Assembly (NCBI GenBank): GCA_036172245.1
Contig: JAYWIR010000006.1
Location: forward strand, 4,464,001-4,528,000
Origin: Raillietiella orientalis
Lineage: Eukaryota
Length of the DNA: 64,000 nucleotides
Reading direction: 5' to 3'
Shown: one piece after another, positions 13,601 through 25,099 of the stretch
Layout: every line of letters starts with the position of its first letter
How positions within the stretch are numbered: position 1 is the first letter of the stretch
Program-made: the position numbers and the translations under genes
Notes under the pieces: generated by a model
The model's database searches: none
The model's input: the letters and a program-made list of their open reading frames with translations, nothing else
Told to the model about the DNA's origin: nothing

Positions 13601-15340
13601 CTGGGTCCGTCCTCGGCTGCTGCCGTGAATTTGCGTCGGCGCCCGCCCATGGCGATCCGAGGATGAAGGATGAAGGCGCGCGCCGCAGCGTAGGAGCCGA
13701 CCCAGAGAGCTCTGCGAGGGCCCTCCCAGACTTGCCTTCCCTCTCTCCTCCCCCGCCTTCCCGGAACGCCGGGCTTTACAGGACGGGAGAGAACGCTGCC
13801 CGTCCGGGGAGCTTTGTACGGGGGACTCGGCAGAGATTCGCCTGGGCGCCTCGTGGCGGGCTGGGTCCTTCGCAGGCGGACGCGTCCTGCCCTTCCGCCC
13901 GCGCCGTGAGACGACCCCGAGCGCGTCGTCCCCATCAAGACCGCGGGAGCTGCACCGCATCCTCACGCTCGGCGACGAGGCGGATGTCCCTTCCCGGGCC
14001 TCATCGGCAGCATCTCCGGCCGCCCGGGGCGCGCGTCCGGAAAAACTCCCGTAGTCCAGAGCTCCGAGGGCGACCGCATGTTTCCAAGAGGTGCGAGTGG
14101 AGGAGCCCTGAGCGGTCGAGGGCGATCCCTCTCGACCCTGCGCCCTTCGCACTCCCTGCGACGCCCTCTCGGGATCTCTGGGCGAGCACAGCGGAGTCCG
14201 GACCGCGAGCCGGGGCTTCCGCGCGCGGATAGGAGTTTCCGAGAGGCAGATCGGGCCACACCCCTCTCCGTCGCGGAGCAAGGGCTCTCAGGGGAAAGTT
14301 GGGCACCTCGGTGGCGAACTTCTGTCCGTGGACCCTCCCAGCCTTCCCCAGAGCCACGCGGCGCCCGCTCCCCCACTTAGCGGCTGGACACTCTCCGGAC
14401 TCCGCTCCTGCGTTTCCAAGGAAACGACTACGAATCCTGGAGCCCTTGCTCCATGTGTTCGATCCCGCCCATCGCCTCCAAGCTCTGGAGAGATCCCCTC
14501 CTGGGCTCCGAGAGTCCACGTGCTCAAGAGGCTGATCCCCCTCTTCCGCGCATTCGTGCCCTCAGGCATTCACGGGGACGGTCCGGCGCCGCCACTCCTC
14601 GATCGGCGGGGGCGCGTCGGAGCTCCTGTGGTCGTCTCGCCTTCTCCCCCCCCCCCCCATTCCACCTGTCTCTACGGAGACGCGGCTCGTGCGTCTGCTC
14701 CGATCCTCCCTGCGGGTTTGTCCGCAGGCCGCCGCAGCAGAGGGGGCGCTCGCCCATCACCATGGGAGCAAGGAGATAACGAGCGGGCGCCGTGCCCCCT
14801 CTGCTGGGGAAAACCTGCCGCTCGCGACGAGCGGCGTCCATGGAAACCGGAGCCGCCGCAGTTGAGTGCCAAGCCCGGTCTCCATGTCCACCGGTTCCGC
14901 CGGGCCCGAGGTCATGTCCTGAGGAACGTCTTTCCCGCGCGCAGCTGTCCGCAGCAACTCTCTGGGAGGTCCGGAGCCGCAGAGTGGCCCGCCGGCTCCC
15001 CTGCCCTGGAGGTTTCCGGACGGAGGCGATGCATTCCCACGGGATCCAGGCAGGAAGAAAGGACGCCGCCGCACGGGAGCGTCCAGGGATCGAAGAGTCG
15101 CACGTGAGGGCGAAGGTGCCGCCGCCATGCTAAGGCGGCCTCCTCGCGTCCTTGGCAACGGTTTTTCCCTGGCTGCCCAGCAGCTCCCTTGCGACGTGAG
15201 ACCGAGAGAAAGGGGGAGGGAGGGGGGATTGCCATTGCTGCGCGGTGAGTCCCGACGGGAAGAGCCCTCAGGAGGGAACGATGGAAGCGTCAAGTGCTGT
15301 TTCTACATCCTTGGTCGACCTTCCCCATCCTTGCAGAATA
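7700..15340. mobile_element. GC-rich mosaic of decayed retroelement pieces (RT-like ~7700-9900 minus; ORF1/zinc-knuckle-like ~10300-10800 plus and ~12500-12700 minus)
   Basis: Degenerate motifs only: GVRRR...SLERIL (~8480-8540 minus), FWRAFWIAI (~9370 minus), RVILLG (~10398 plus), CRGCG...CKWC...CADH (~12560-12690 minus). Boundaries are unresolved. Confidence 0.4.
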
Positions 15341-18300
15341 CCGTGTGGCTACCCACGTGCTAAACAATGGCGGGGGTACATCAACAAAAATACATATTTG
15401 CCTCTCGCGAAGACCTTATGCTAAATATTCTACACTAAACTATGCACCAATACGGATGTATTTAATTAATTACAACCATCAATTAATGACATGCACACGT
15501 TTCGTTACATATTAGGAGCTACATCTGGATACAATATATAGATTCAGTAGCAAGGACGAATGAAACAGCGGTTTTTAACCACAGCTTTCATTTTTCATTT
15601 CATTTGCTCGAATGACAAGACCGTGGCCAACTTAGAGAGTGCTCTCGTTCGCATGAGGGCTCGGCTAAGGATACGTGGACCGTGGCATCTAGCGGCAAAT
15701 TGAAGAACTCGACCGGTTCTCATCCTTGCCGCTCGCTTCCAGTCCGCTACAATCGCTTCCACAGATGCTCCCCAGGCATCGCTTACGCGCAATTACGGCG
15801 CAACCCGCGATGCCCACTGGCAAGCTCTGGGGACGCACAGCTGCCACTTGAAACATTCCACTCGGAGGAAGTAGATCGGAGCAGCCGGCGAGCTCTCGCC
15901 CCCGACAAAGAGACGCGAACGCAGTGTTCCTCCAAGAGGAAGGTACTGACCATTCAGCTCTGCAGAGCCCTGATGGGATCAGTGAGGTCGGTATCTAGGT
16001 CTGGAGGGTTCCTGAGAGCCCCACAGGACTAAAGCTTCCTTGTGGCTGATGGACAAGAAGGAAGGAGCGCGGAGTCCAACCCGCTCGCGGGCGTGTCCTT
16101 TCGCATCTGAAGGGTTGCGCGAAGACCAATGAAGACCTCCGTTTCCAGTCCACCCTTTTTGTACAGCTTGTCTGTCAAGTTCTTATGAACCGGTTATTTC
16201 CCGCCTCCCAATTTACTACCGCTGTAACCATAAGCCATAATAAAAGATGAAACTCGCCCCGTCCCCCTACTCGCCCCCCCCACCCCAACACACCTTCGTC
16301 AACCTATGATGACATCGAGGCAGAGGCATCAGAGCGAGACTGTCACTCAGCAGGAGCTGCTGCACTGCCAGAGGCATCTTCTGACTGAGCAAATGCAGGG
16401 CTGAGGATGAACATCACGAGAACCAGATCAAAAGGATGCAAGAGGCTGAGGAAGGAAGATGATTTCTCAAGCTCAGGGACTCCGACAGTTCCCTTGCAAG
16501 TCTGGCATCCTGGTCAAGATGCTAGTGCGTCGTCGTGAACTGGACCTTCCGTTATCCGTTCGCTCTGCAAAGAGCAAACCATCCCTGAGGATTCTAGGAC
16601 ACACGTGGGAAGCGCCCTTTTTTTCATCTCAAGAGATCCGCAAGCCAGATGGCAGCGTGGGAATCGAGAAAGCCGTAAAGAGCGGGTGCTTGCGACTTCC
16701 TCAGCGCTTCCATCCCTGGATGGGCAGAAACGCGCCCATGGATTAAGAAATTGTCTTCCTCTTCAGAAAGCAGCATCCGATGATGCCCATTTTCACCGGG
16801 ACAACATGTGCGCACTGACTTTGGTCTTTTCTCATTTCAGGAAAGAAAGAGGGAGGAATGAATTGGGCTTTCCGCAACAGCTGTTGCCAAAGGGACGGAC
16901 CATTTTTGGTCGACACTCTCCGAGAGCGGAACAAGAGCGAAAGCTGATGGACAAGAAGGGCAGAAGACAAGGAGTTCCTGCGGGCTACGCTGGTTTCAAG
17001 AGACAGGAGCTGCCACTACCCGAGTTACCGCTGATTCAGAGCATCTGCTCCTGCCTTGCATGGCATTTTTCCAGGAAGCGTTTGAGGACGTTTCAAGTTT
17101 CGTGGACCATGGAAGAGGAGGGAGGCTCCTTTCCACTCCCCTCTCCCAGTTCTTTGTAGACGCGCATTGGATGTTTCCCTGTTCCGTTCCAGCTCTGATC
17201 TGCAACTTCCGCTTTAGGCCAGATTCTTCCCGCATGTTTCTTGCTCTCCGACATTCCTTCCAAGATGGCAAGAGATCAAAGCAGCGTCTGCAGTTACGGG
17301 AGAACTTGCTGAACCTGTGGATGGGATTTTTGTCTCCCGGATCAAAAGGATCGAACTCGCCGACGATTCGTCAAGCTGCGTTCCTCCTGTGCCAGGGATC
17401 ATCGCCTCGGGTCTTCGACCCTGGATCGTTTTCGCCATCCCAGCCAACGTTGGCCCCTTTGGAGCGAGCCGGGACGCTTCGAAAAGGAACAGCTGCGGAT
17501 CCCAAAGGGAAGGATGCACGCTATTCAGCCACCCTGATCCGTCGTTGGTGGAGCTTCCGAGGTACCAGAATTCGCTTCCGCACCTGCTCCCTTCATGGCT
17601 ACCTCCTTTGATCGGGATCGCTTGTTGGCAGGCTGCCAAAAGCCCCGCCATCGTACAGGGATTCTTCTGGGGATAAGCATTTTTTCCGCCCTCCCTCACA
17701 GCGTGCATCGAACTTCGGCGAAGGGTACTTGCTGCGCCCGACCGAAGGACAGGGGTTGCCGAGTAGGTCCCGCCTACTCAGCAGGGGAACCGGACCATGA
17801 AACGACCGCGTCGGGATTTCCTGCAATGGAAGCCGCAAAAGCCGACAAAGGTAGGCACCAGCAGCAGGGTGCAAACACAGATCAACGGAGACTGCAGGGC
17901 TCGTTCAGATGGTAGTCTCTGCGGAGTCCAACGAAGAGGGGAATTTCGCATTCAGGAAAAACCTGCCGTGCAGCTTTGGTCTCACAATCCATCTGGTGGA
18001 CGGAGGAAACGCCTCTGGACAAGCGAAATGCGCGCCGACGTAATGACGCTCGTTCTTCGCCGCCGCCTTCGAAAGGGAATGCGAGCTGCTCGGTCGCTGC
18101 TGGCTCGCGGGCGCAATACGTAAGCAGGCAAGCCGTGGCGCGCGCCCACGGATTCGGACTGTTTCCCACGACTGCGACTGCTAGTCAAACCCGAAGATTC
18201 TTTCCCGTCGAGCTGCACAACGTGCTCCCTAATCCACCGCGGAGAGGGCAAAGCGCGCGGCGAGTGCTGGTAGGAAGCTGCAATGGAAGATTGACCGGTG

Positions 18301-19769
18301 ACACGCCCCGCACTGTGGTCCACGGGAACGTGTCTGATGCCATGAACCCATCATCTGGGCGCACCTAGTCATTTCCAGAATGCTTTACAGAAGCACTCTC
18401 AGCCTTTGGCCATCGGGAAGGCAATCCACCTTCCCTATAAAGGTCGACAAATGGGGCGGAAGAGCGAGGCTCACAGCAGTGTGCTCTCGATGGGTACCCA
18501 CTGATGATCCAGTACGCGCTCCGAAAGGTCACTCTTGCATCGAATCGATTCAACTCCTGCTTCTCTGGCGTTCAAAATAGACAAAGGGCTCGTTGACAAA
18601 CGCTAAAGGAGATCTTTGGGGCGATGAGGAAGATATCTGCTCCATGTCACCTTCAGCTGCATGCCTTGGATGCACTTCATCCACACAGGCAGAAACTCGA
18701 CCACAGCCACGCACTTCCCTCGTGAAGCGATACATGCCTTTCGTGACAGGATTTCTCCATTTCATCACAGCATGAACCTTTACCCCCAAAGCAAATCGCA
18801 CGTATAAGCCTATAAGTCACAATTTTCTCTCCTCCCTTGCTGAATTTCCATAAAATACGATTTCCCTTGACCTTCACTATATTATTGAATCATACGTATT
18901 TATTAATATTCTACACATACAGAGCACATTTTAATCCCTCCCCCTAAGATTCGGTTCTAAAACATCCAAGTGCATATTTGCTAAAACCGATCGAGTTGAC
19001 TTATGATGTAAAATATATTTCCAGGACTGACTGAAACGAAATTCCTATATCACACCAGGTTTACGGATGAAGTACTATGAAACACCATCCAAAATTGTTC
19101 CCGCTAATCTTTGACTTAGTTGATCAGCATTTCAAATTGCATTTCTAGGGAGGAGCTGTGAGCCTCTACGGTGGCTGCACGTCCCTGTTGAAATGGACAG
19201 AGCTTCGGCCTGTTCAACAGTCCCACAAGAAAAAAAGAGAAGGCATTACTTAAAAAAAAAAAAAAAAAACGTGCGCTGTGGCTCTTGGGTGACTTCTGCG
19301 AATCTCCCTGCACACGTTGACGTAAACGAAGGTCCATCCGCATCGGTCCACAAATGCATCCTTTAAAGAACCCCCTGGCAACCCTGAAACGTGCGCTTTC
19401 TGGGCGTCTGCACCCCTGTATTGGCCAGCACCTTGAAATTCGAAAAGAATCCGTGACATTCCCTTCGTTTTGCCTACGTTGTTACCCTTGTGCAACACCG
19501 AAGAGGGGGACAAATTTCCTTTTTTGCTGAATGCCACTCCAAACAGGAGGAGAATTCGGATCCACAGACCGAAGACGAAACGTCCAAACGCGCAAGTCGG
19601 ACGTTGCTCTTCGCGGCAGCACCGTCAATCTTGAATTTCAAGCTGAAATCAGCTGAATTTCCGTTTCCATCCGTGAAAGATTCAAAACTAAAATACTGCA
19701 CCGGTGGACGGTAAAACTGACGACACAGTACAATTCCCTTTTCTTTCCACGGTCATTATTCTGTTCTCA

Positions 19770-20794
19770 TGGGAAAATTGAATAGGCTTCCTTGCAATGA
19801 GGATACCTCACTGAATAGTTAATCATGGATCGGGCTAGCCGTTCTTGGATGTTGGCTAAGCTCCTCACATTACTTATCCGGACAAGATCCCGAAACTCGG
19901 GAGAAAGATGGGACAGCTATCCGGAAGAAGACGTCCTCGTCAGGGTTGCCAACCACTACGGGACCCGGACTGTGAACCTGCAAGCGGTTGGAACCACAGC
20001 CTTCAGGAGCGACCTTCCACCAGGCACTTAAGACGACATCCTCCTGTTTTACCATGGACGCATCCTGAGTGGGGGCAAGACAGCACACTGGACTGGTAAC
20101 ATCGATAACGAGCTCTGCAAGGCGTGTGGCAGCAGGGAGACCCAGCCCCAAGTCTTCACCTGCCCGACGCTGCGCCAGGGCCGGGGCATGCTGAAGGCGG
20201 TGACTGGCCTGCTGAGGACCACAAGAGCGAGCATCTTAGCAGGAACGCCAAGGTCCTGCGCTAAACCCCATGGTTCGGACCACCATCGCACTCTTCATCA
20301 CGAGCGTCGTCATCAGAAGGGCAAAGATGAGGAACACGGGAGCTACAGCGCCCGCCATCGACGTACTACAGGGACTTATCAAACGAGAGATTGGGATCGG
20401 GAACTGCGGCAGGATACCCGCCTGGAAGGTACCGCTACATCTTGCGGAAGATGGCAGACGCGGTCCGAGCGAGCGAACCGCTCTCCGGTCCCCAGTGACC
20501 CTATTCCGAGGAAACCACCCCGATGGTGACATAGCAAACACTACGCGTGCAAAACAGCGGACTGAGGGAACCCACAGAGGGAAAGTGAGCGAAAGAGTGT
20601 GGTTTGTTGCCATTGTAGCATTTGTTGTTGATCTAGAAACTCGCCCCAGCGCTGCTCGGACCTGGGAAAAATAGGTTTCCTTGAAATGAGGATACCCCAC
20701 TGAATCATGGATCGGGCTAGTCGTTCTTGGATGTTGGCTAAGCTCTTCACATTACTTATCCGGGCAAGATCCTGAAACTCGGGAGAAGATGGGA
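19770..20794 (+). repeat. Direct repeat pair (19770-19913 and 20663-20794) flanking a non-LTR CCHC-finger-like fragment
   Basis: Both copies share ATGAGGATACC.CACTGAAT...CATGGATCGGGCTAG.CGTTCTTGGATGTTGGCTAAGCTC.TCACATTACTTATCCGG.CAAGATCC.GAAACTCGGGAGAA(A)GATGGGA. The interior encodes CKACGSRETQPQVFTC at ~20116. Confidence 0.9.
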
Positions 20795-23633
20795 TCTTTG
20801 GAGCTTTTTATACAGTCATGATGCTGACAGGAGAGCATCACCTGTATCCACGGAGGCAGAATTTTTCATTAGCCCGTCTCATTCCCGCATGTTTCTCGCT
20901 CTACTTGCAAAACCTACATTGCCATTCCTGCAGCAAGCGGTGCGTAGTGATTACGCGCTGCGCCCTTTTTTTCTTCATTCGTAGGGTTTAACTGTTAACG
21001 TTTTGGATGCAGTAAAGTGTCCCTCACTTTCATGTTACCACAAAATCTTGCTCTCATACTTGGGCGTTTCTGAGGAGGCTGGAAATTGCGGAACAATTCC
21101 GTTACACGAGTGGAGTTTCTTCAGCTCCATCAGGTGCACGACTGTGACGTAAAACGCCACCTCCTGACCAAGAAAATACCTGTTGCCAGGATGGGAACAG
21201 CAAATGTGGGATACAAGTGCAACTAAAATCCTGCAACTGGCTGCGCAAGAGAACGTCAATTGCAGGAACATCGTACTTTCGTACTTTCCCTGTGGGAATG
21301 CTCTTGTCTGGCACTTTCCAAGTGCTTGAAAAGAGAATTTCAATTCATTCAATTCATGTGGTAAAGCATCCGTGTGTCAATTCATTAACACACGGATGCT
21401 TTACTACATGATGACCTTGACTTTGAAATCTGTGTGTGGAAAGCAGCACGTGAAAGTTGTACCTGAGCAATTCTTGCTTAAAAGCTGTCACTTAAGGGCA
21501 GAATACCTTTAATGGGCAATATACACAAAAGAACTTAGCAACAGCATAAAAAACTGCCTATGTAAACACAATGCTGTAATTAGCATCCCAATGAATTCTA
21601 CAATTTCTCTACTTAAGCTCTGGCTTTATGATCATTATGGATCTCAGTTTTTTTTTAGTTTCTTTCTGCTTCAGCGATTTCAGGATTATTTTCCCATTAA
21701 AAGTGAGAAAGGATCAGTTTTGCCATTAAAGTAAAAACCAGATATGAAACACTAACAAACATATGCATCTCAAGTAATTCACAAGAGACACAAATGGTAT
21801 TTCATTGAAAATGTGATGAGAATGCTTTCATATCGGCATCAATATGTGAACAGTGTGTAAGTGAAAGGTCTACAGCCTTTCACTCACATGCTATTCACAG
21901 AAGTTGTGCTTACATGACACTTTACTGGAAAGAACCATCTCACCTTCCTGCACTCAGTGCAAATTGAAAGCAATAAGTCAGGAATGCACACACACACATA
22001 CACTTCTTTAATTAGGAGGAAAAAATTTTTGTACAGAAGGAATACTCTTTTGCTAATTCATAACTAATCAGATTCCACACCTTGAGACCATGAAGTGCAT
22101 CGAAAAGGCAACTCGAACAACAGCAGCACACAGTGCTCATTTGACTTTTTCTGTCTTCATGGTTATGCCGACAACTTTTCTCAGTACTGTTTCTTCACAA
22201 GAATCATCCACATCTGAGATAATATCCTGATTGCAAGTATTCTCGTTTCTTTATGCTGGTTGGGAAACATTGTGAAACACACTTTCATCACTTAAACTAC
22301 CACATGAACTGAAATATTTTTCATTTTTATCTTAGTTTCACACTGCATAACTAACAGACTTTCACCACTGCATAAGCATATCCAGCATAATTTATCTTGA
22401 CATTCAGGCTTCAGACCCCAAACTGACAACTTTTCATTCACATATACTTCAACTAAGTCACCAAATGTTACAAACACTGAAACTACATCACATAATACCA
22501 AATTAAATGAACTTCTAGGAACTTTAATACTACAGATTCGATGACAAATGCTTCTGTTGCAGGGTGGTTCAAGAATAGATGGTGGATTTCATTGCAAACT
22601 TAAGAAAAGTGATAATCCAAAAAAAAAGAAACTGGCCAATGAATGGTAAAATTAACAAGACTGCAGAAAATGCAGTTATAGAATTCCATGCCACCTGCTG
22701 CAGCATCAATCTTATCAAACTGAAGACAAGAATATGTGAACACACAAACATGAGTACTGCATTCTAACAACCATTATCCCTACTCAATTATCAAGAAAAA
22801 ATAATCATAAGACCCTGGTTAACTAAAGAACAAAGATTCAACAAGGGGAGGGAGAGAAGGAAAGAGAGAAGGAATCTGTGAAATGGTCATGTTTTTGGTT
22901 AATTTCATAACATTGCATTCATTTTTGCTGGAAAAAACTTCAAATAAAATACTTCAAAGGGAAAGAAAAGGGATTCTACCCCATCAAATGAATGCTTCTT
23001 CTTCAATTTCAAGCATAAAAAACAGTAAATAAAATGAATAACGAGCATGAATTTTGGATGAGTATTTGGTGTAAGTATACTGAGGGCAAATGAAATTGAA
23101 TCCAAAATATGACACTATTGAAAGCAAAATCATATGACTTTTTTTAAAAAAATAATTCAACCGCCTAAAAAGGGAGTTACTACTTTTTATTCAGTGACCA
23201 AACTGCAGAATGCTTGCTTCTCAACACTATTTTTAGGACCTTTGAAAACATATCTTAAGAGAAAACAACCTATTCAAAACTATTTGCCTCAGAATCCTAA
23301 TCATAAATTATTCTTCACAATTTGCCTTGTTTCTTAAGCTTGCTTCACACATCTAACCATTCCAATACAAAGAACACTGTAGCATGCACAAATGTTGCAA
23401 GCTCATGTGCAATATCGTACCTATATGAAAGGAAATTCATCGAAAGCATTTTTAAGGCCTTTACTCTTACCGCATCTTGCACGTGACTTTTAAGTTGAGA
23501 GAGATTTAGAAAGGAATGACTTTGTAGATTGATTATAAAGAATTCAGTTAGTCTTCACAACTAACTTTGACTAATCATTACAATTATGACTGTGCCCTGT
23601 AGCTTGTATGCCTGCAATAAAATCTGCAAATGT

Positions 23634-24020
23634 TCAGTGTTTCTTTTTTTTATTCTTGGCACGATTTTTTTTACTCTTCAATCTCTTGATATCTCTTGAT
23701 TTCACCCATGGGGGATAAGTGCCATTCTTATTTTTCAATGTCTTAAGGTGAGACCTTTTCCCACTCTTTTCTATTTCCACAAATCCATCTAACTGCATGG
23801 GTTCTGACAGACAAAATTAAAATATGGAATCAAATTATTTCAAACAATATCATATGTCAAGTTTAAGCTCACCTGCTGGGCTCAGTGTATTTGCAGTGGG
23901 TTCGGAGAGCATCTCCTGTGCAACCGTTCTTTTCAACATCTCCAATTCTTTAACTGCATACCGTTCTCGCTTAATTGCCCTCATTTTCCTTTTACGTTTG
24001 CTTCTAAGACTTTTTGCCAT
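23634..24020 (-). CDS. LLPH: LLP homolog (LLPH / learning-associated protein 18 family), 105 aa; spliced CDS complement(join(23634..23803,23873..24020))
   Basis: Exon 1 gives MAKSLRSKRKRKMRAIKRERYAVKELEMLK..., the diagnostic LLP N-terminus. After a GT-AG intron, exon 2 continues in phase: EPMQLDGFVEIEKSGKRSHLKTLKNKNGTYPPWVKSRDIKRLKSKKNRAKNKKKKH*. This includes the conserved KTL...G.YP.W motif and the basic tail. Total 318 nt, no internal stops. Confidence 0.95.
23804..23872 (-). other. 69-bp phase-1 spliceosomal intron of the LLP homolog
   Basis: Donor CAG|GTGAGC and acceptor TTTTGTCTGTCAG|AA on the minus strand; splicing restores the reading frame. Confidence 0.92.
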
Positions 24021-24069
24021 TGAAGTATCAAAACGTAGACTCCAACTATAACTCAATTACTCCAACAAT

Positions 24070-24097
24070 GTCACGTGCTCCAAGACATCACTTCCTG
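24070..24097. promoter_or_regulatory. Candidate proximal promoter motifs of the LLP homolog: E-box GTCACGTG (24070-24077) and ETS-like CACTTCCTG (24089-24097)
   Basis: Exact motif matches 50-77 bp upstream of the ATG; function is inferred only. Confidence 0.4.
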
Positions 24098-25099
24098 TCA
24101 ATGGAAATTGCCATATGCATCGCATATACTGTTCATAGTTTCAAAAATTGAGCTTGAAAGTCCTTTAAACACGTACAGAATTAAAATGCTAAAAATATAA
24201 AATATTTATTTAATGTAAATATTTAATTTTCAGGTTTCTAGTCTATGACTCAGTAAATACGTAATAAACGTACTTATTACTGTATCTGCTATAAACTGAA
24301 TTGTGTTTTCCATAGCTGTCCTAACAAGAAATCATATTAACGGAATTGTTAGCTTCAAAGTGCATGAAATCATAGAATACTGGTTAGCTATTTTCAAGAG
24401 CTTCCTTAGCTTCTGGCATCAAAATAATTAATGTTCCGTAATTGTGCATTCTGTTGTTTTGGAATTAGCACTACTGAAATCAAAATCATATCAGAGTACC
24501 AGTGGTATGGAGTTTTCAAATAAGCTTGATACAATGATCTTTCTGGTTACTTTCCGAGTAAAAATTCATAATTTTATTTACTAATCACAGAATAGGGTTT
24601 CCTAGGAAACGAGGAATGAATACCATCCGCAATGATTAAAGTACTTTCAGGTTACGGAAATTCAGTTTTGCTATATATCCATGTGGATGCTTTTTTAAAA
24701 GATATCCTATTAATACTGCAGCACAGGATGTCCTTAGCAGATGTCACGAATGCTATTTTCGACTTTCTGATACTCTGACCCAAACGAACCTCAACCTCTA
24801 GTCATTCTTTTCTCATGACTTACGAGTTCTTCACTCCATTCAAACCAAGAGTTCATCTAACGGAACAGAACAAGAAAGAAGCATGATATGAAATGAAAGG
24901 TTTCGATCTGTGTCATTAGGTAAGGTACATTAAGGTGAAGTTGCGATGAAAGTCGTAAGCTTTCTTAGAAAAGTATGTTAGTCGAAGGATTCGTAGCACA
25001 TCAAAGTATATTTTTCCGCCTAAAGGGAGATGCGTATGATCATTTTCTCTGATCACTCTAGCATGTTTCTGTTAATAGTTATGATCAAATTCAGTTTAA

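Noticed and set aside
10468..14281. Long ORFs of 406 aa (10468..11688 +) and 411 aa (13046..14281 -), and other ORFs in the first 15 kb
   Set aside because: Arg/Pro/Gly/Ser-rich translations open in several frames at once, as expected from very high GC; no coherent protein family.
18365..21352. Possible additional host exons (ORFs 18550..18801, 19474..19701, 21035..21352, all minus)
   Set aside because: No recognisable homology and no consistent splice-phase chain could be built by eye.
22180..22292. Box C/D snoRNA (GTGATGA...CTGA on the minus strand)
   Set aside because: No terminal stem and no recognisable rRNA/snRNA antisense element; such motifs are common by chance in AT-rich DNA.
24021..24056. 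N-terminal extension MSYSWSLRFDTS of the ORF-track LLP protein, and its C-terminal GELKLDI
   Set aside because: The extension uses a non-ATG start, and the family begins at MAKS (24020). The tail is intron read-through.
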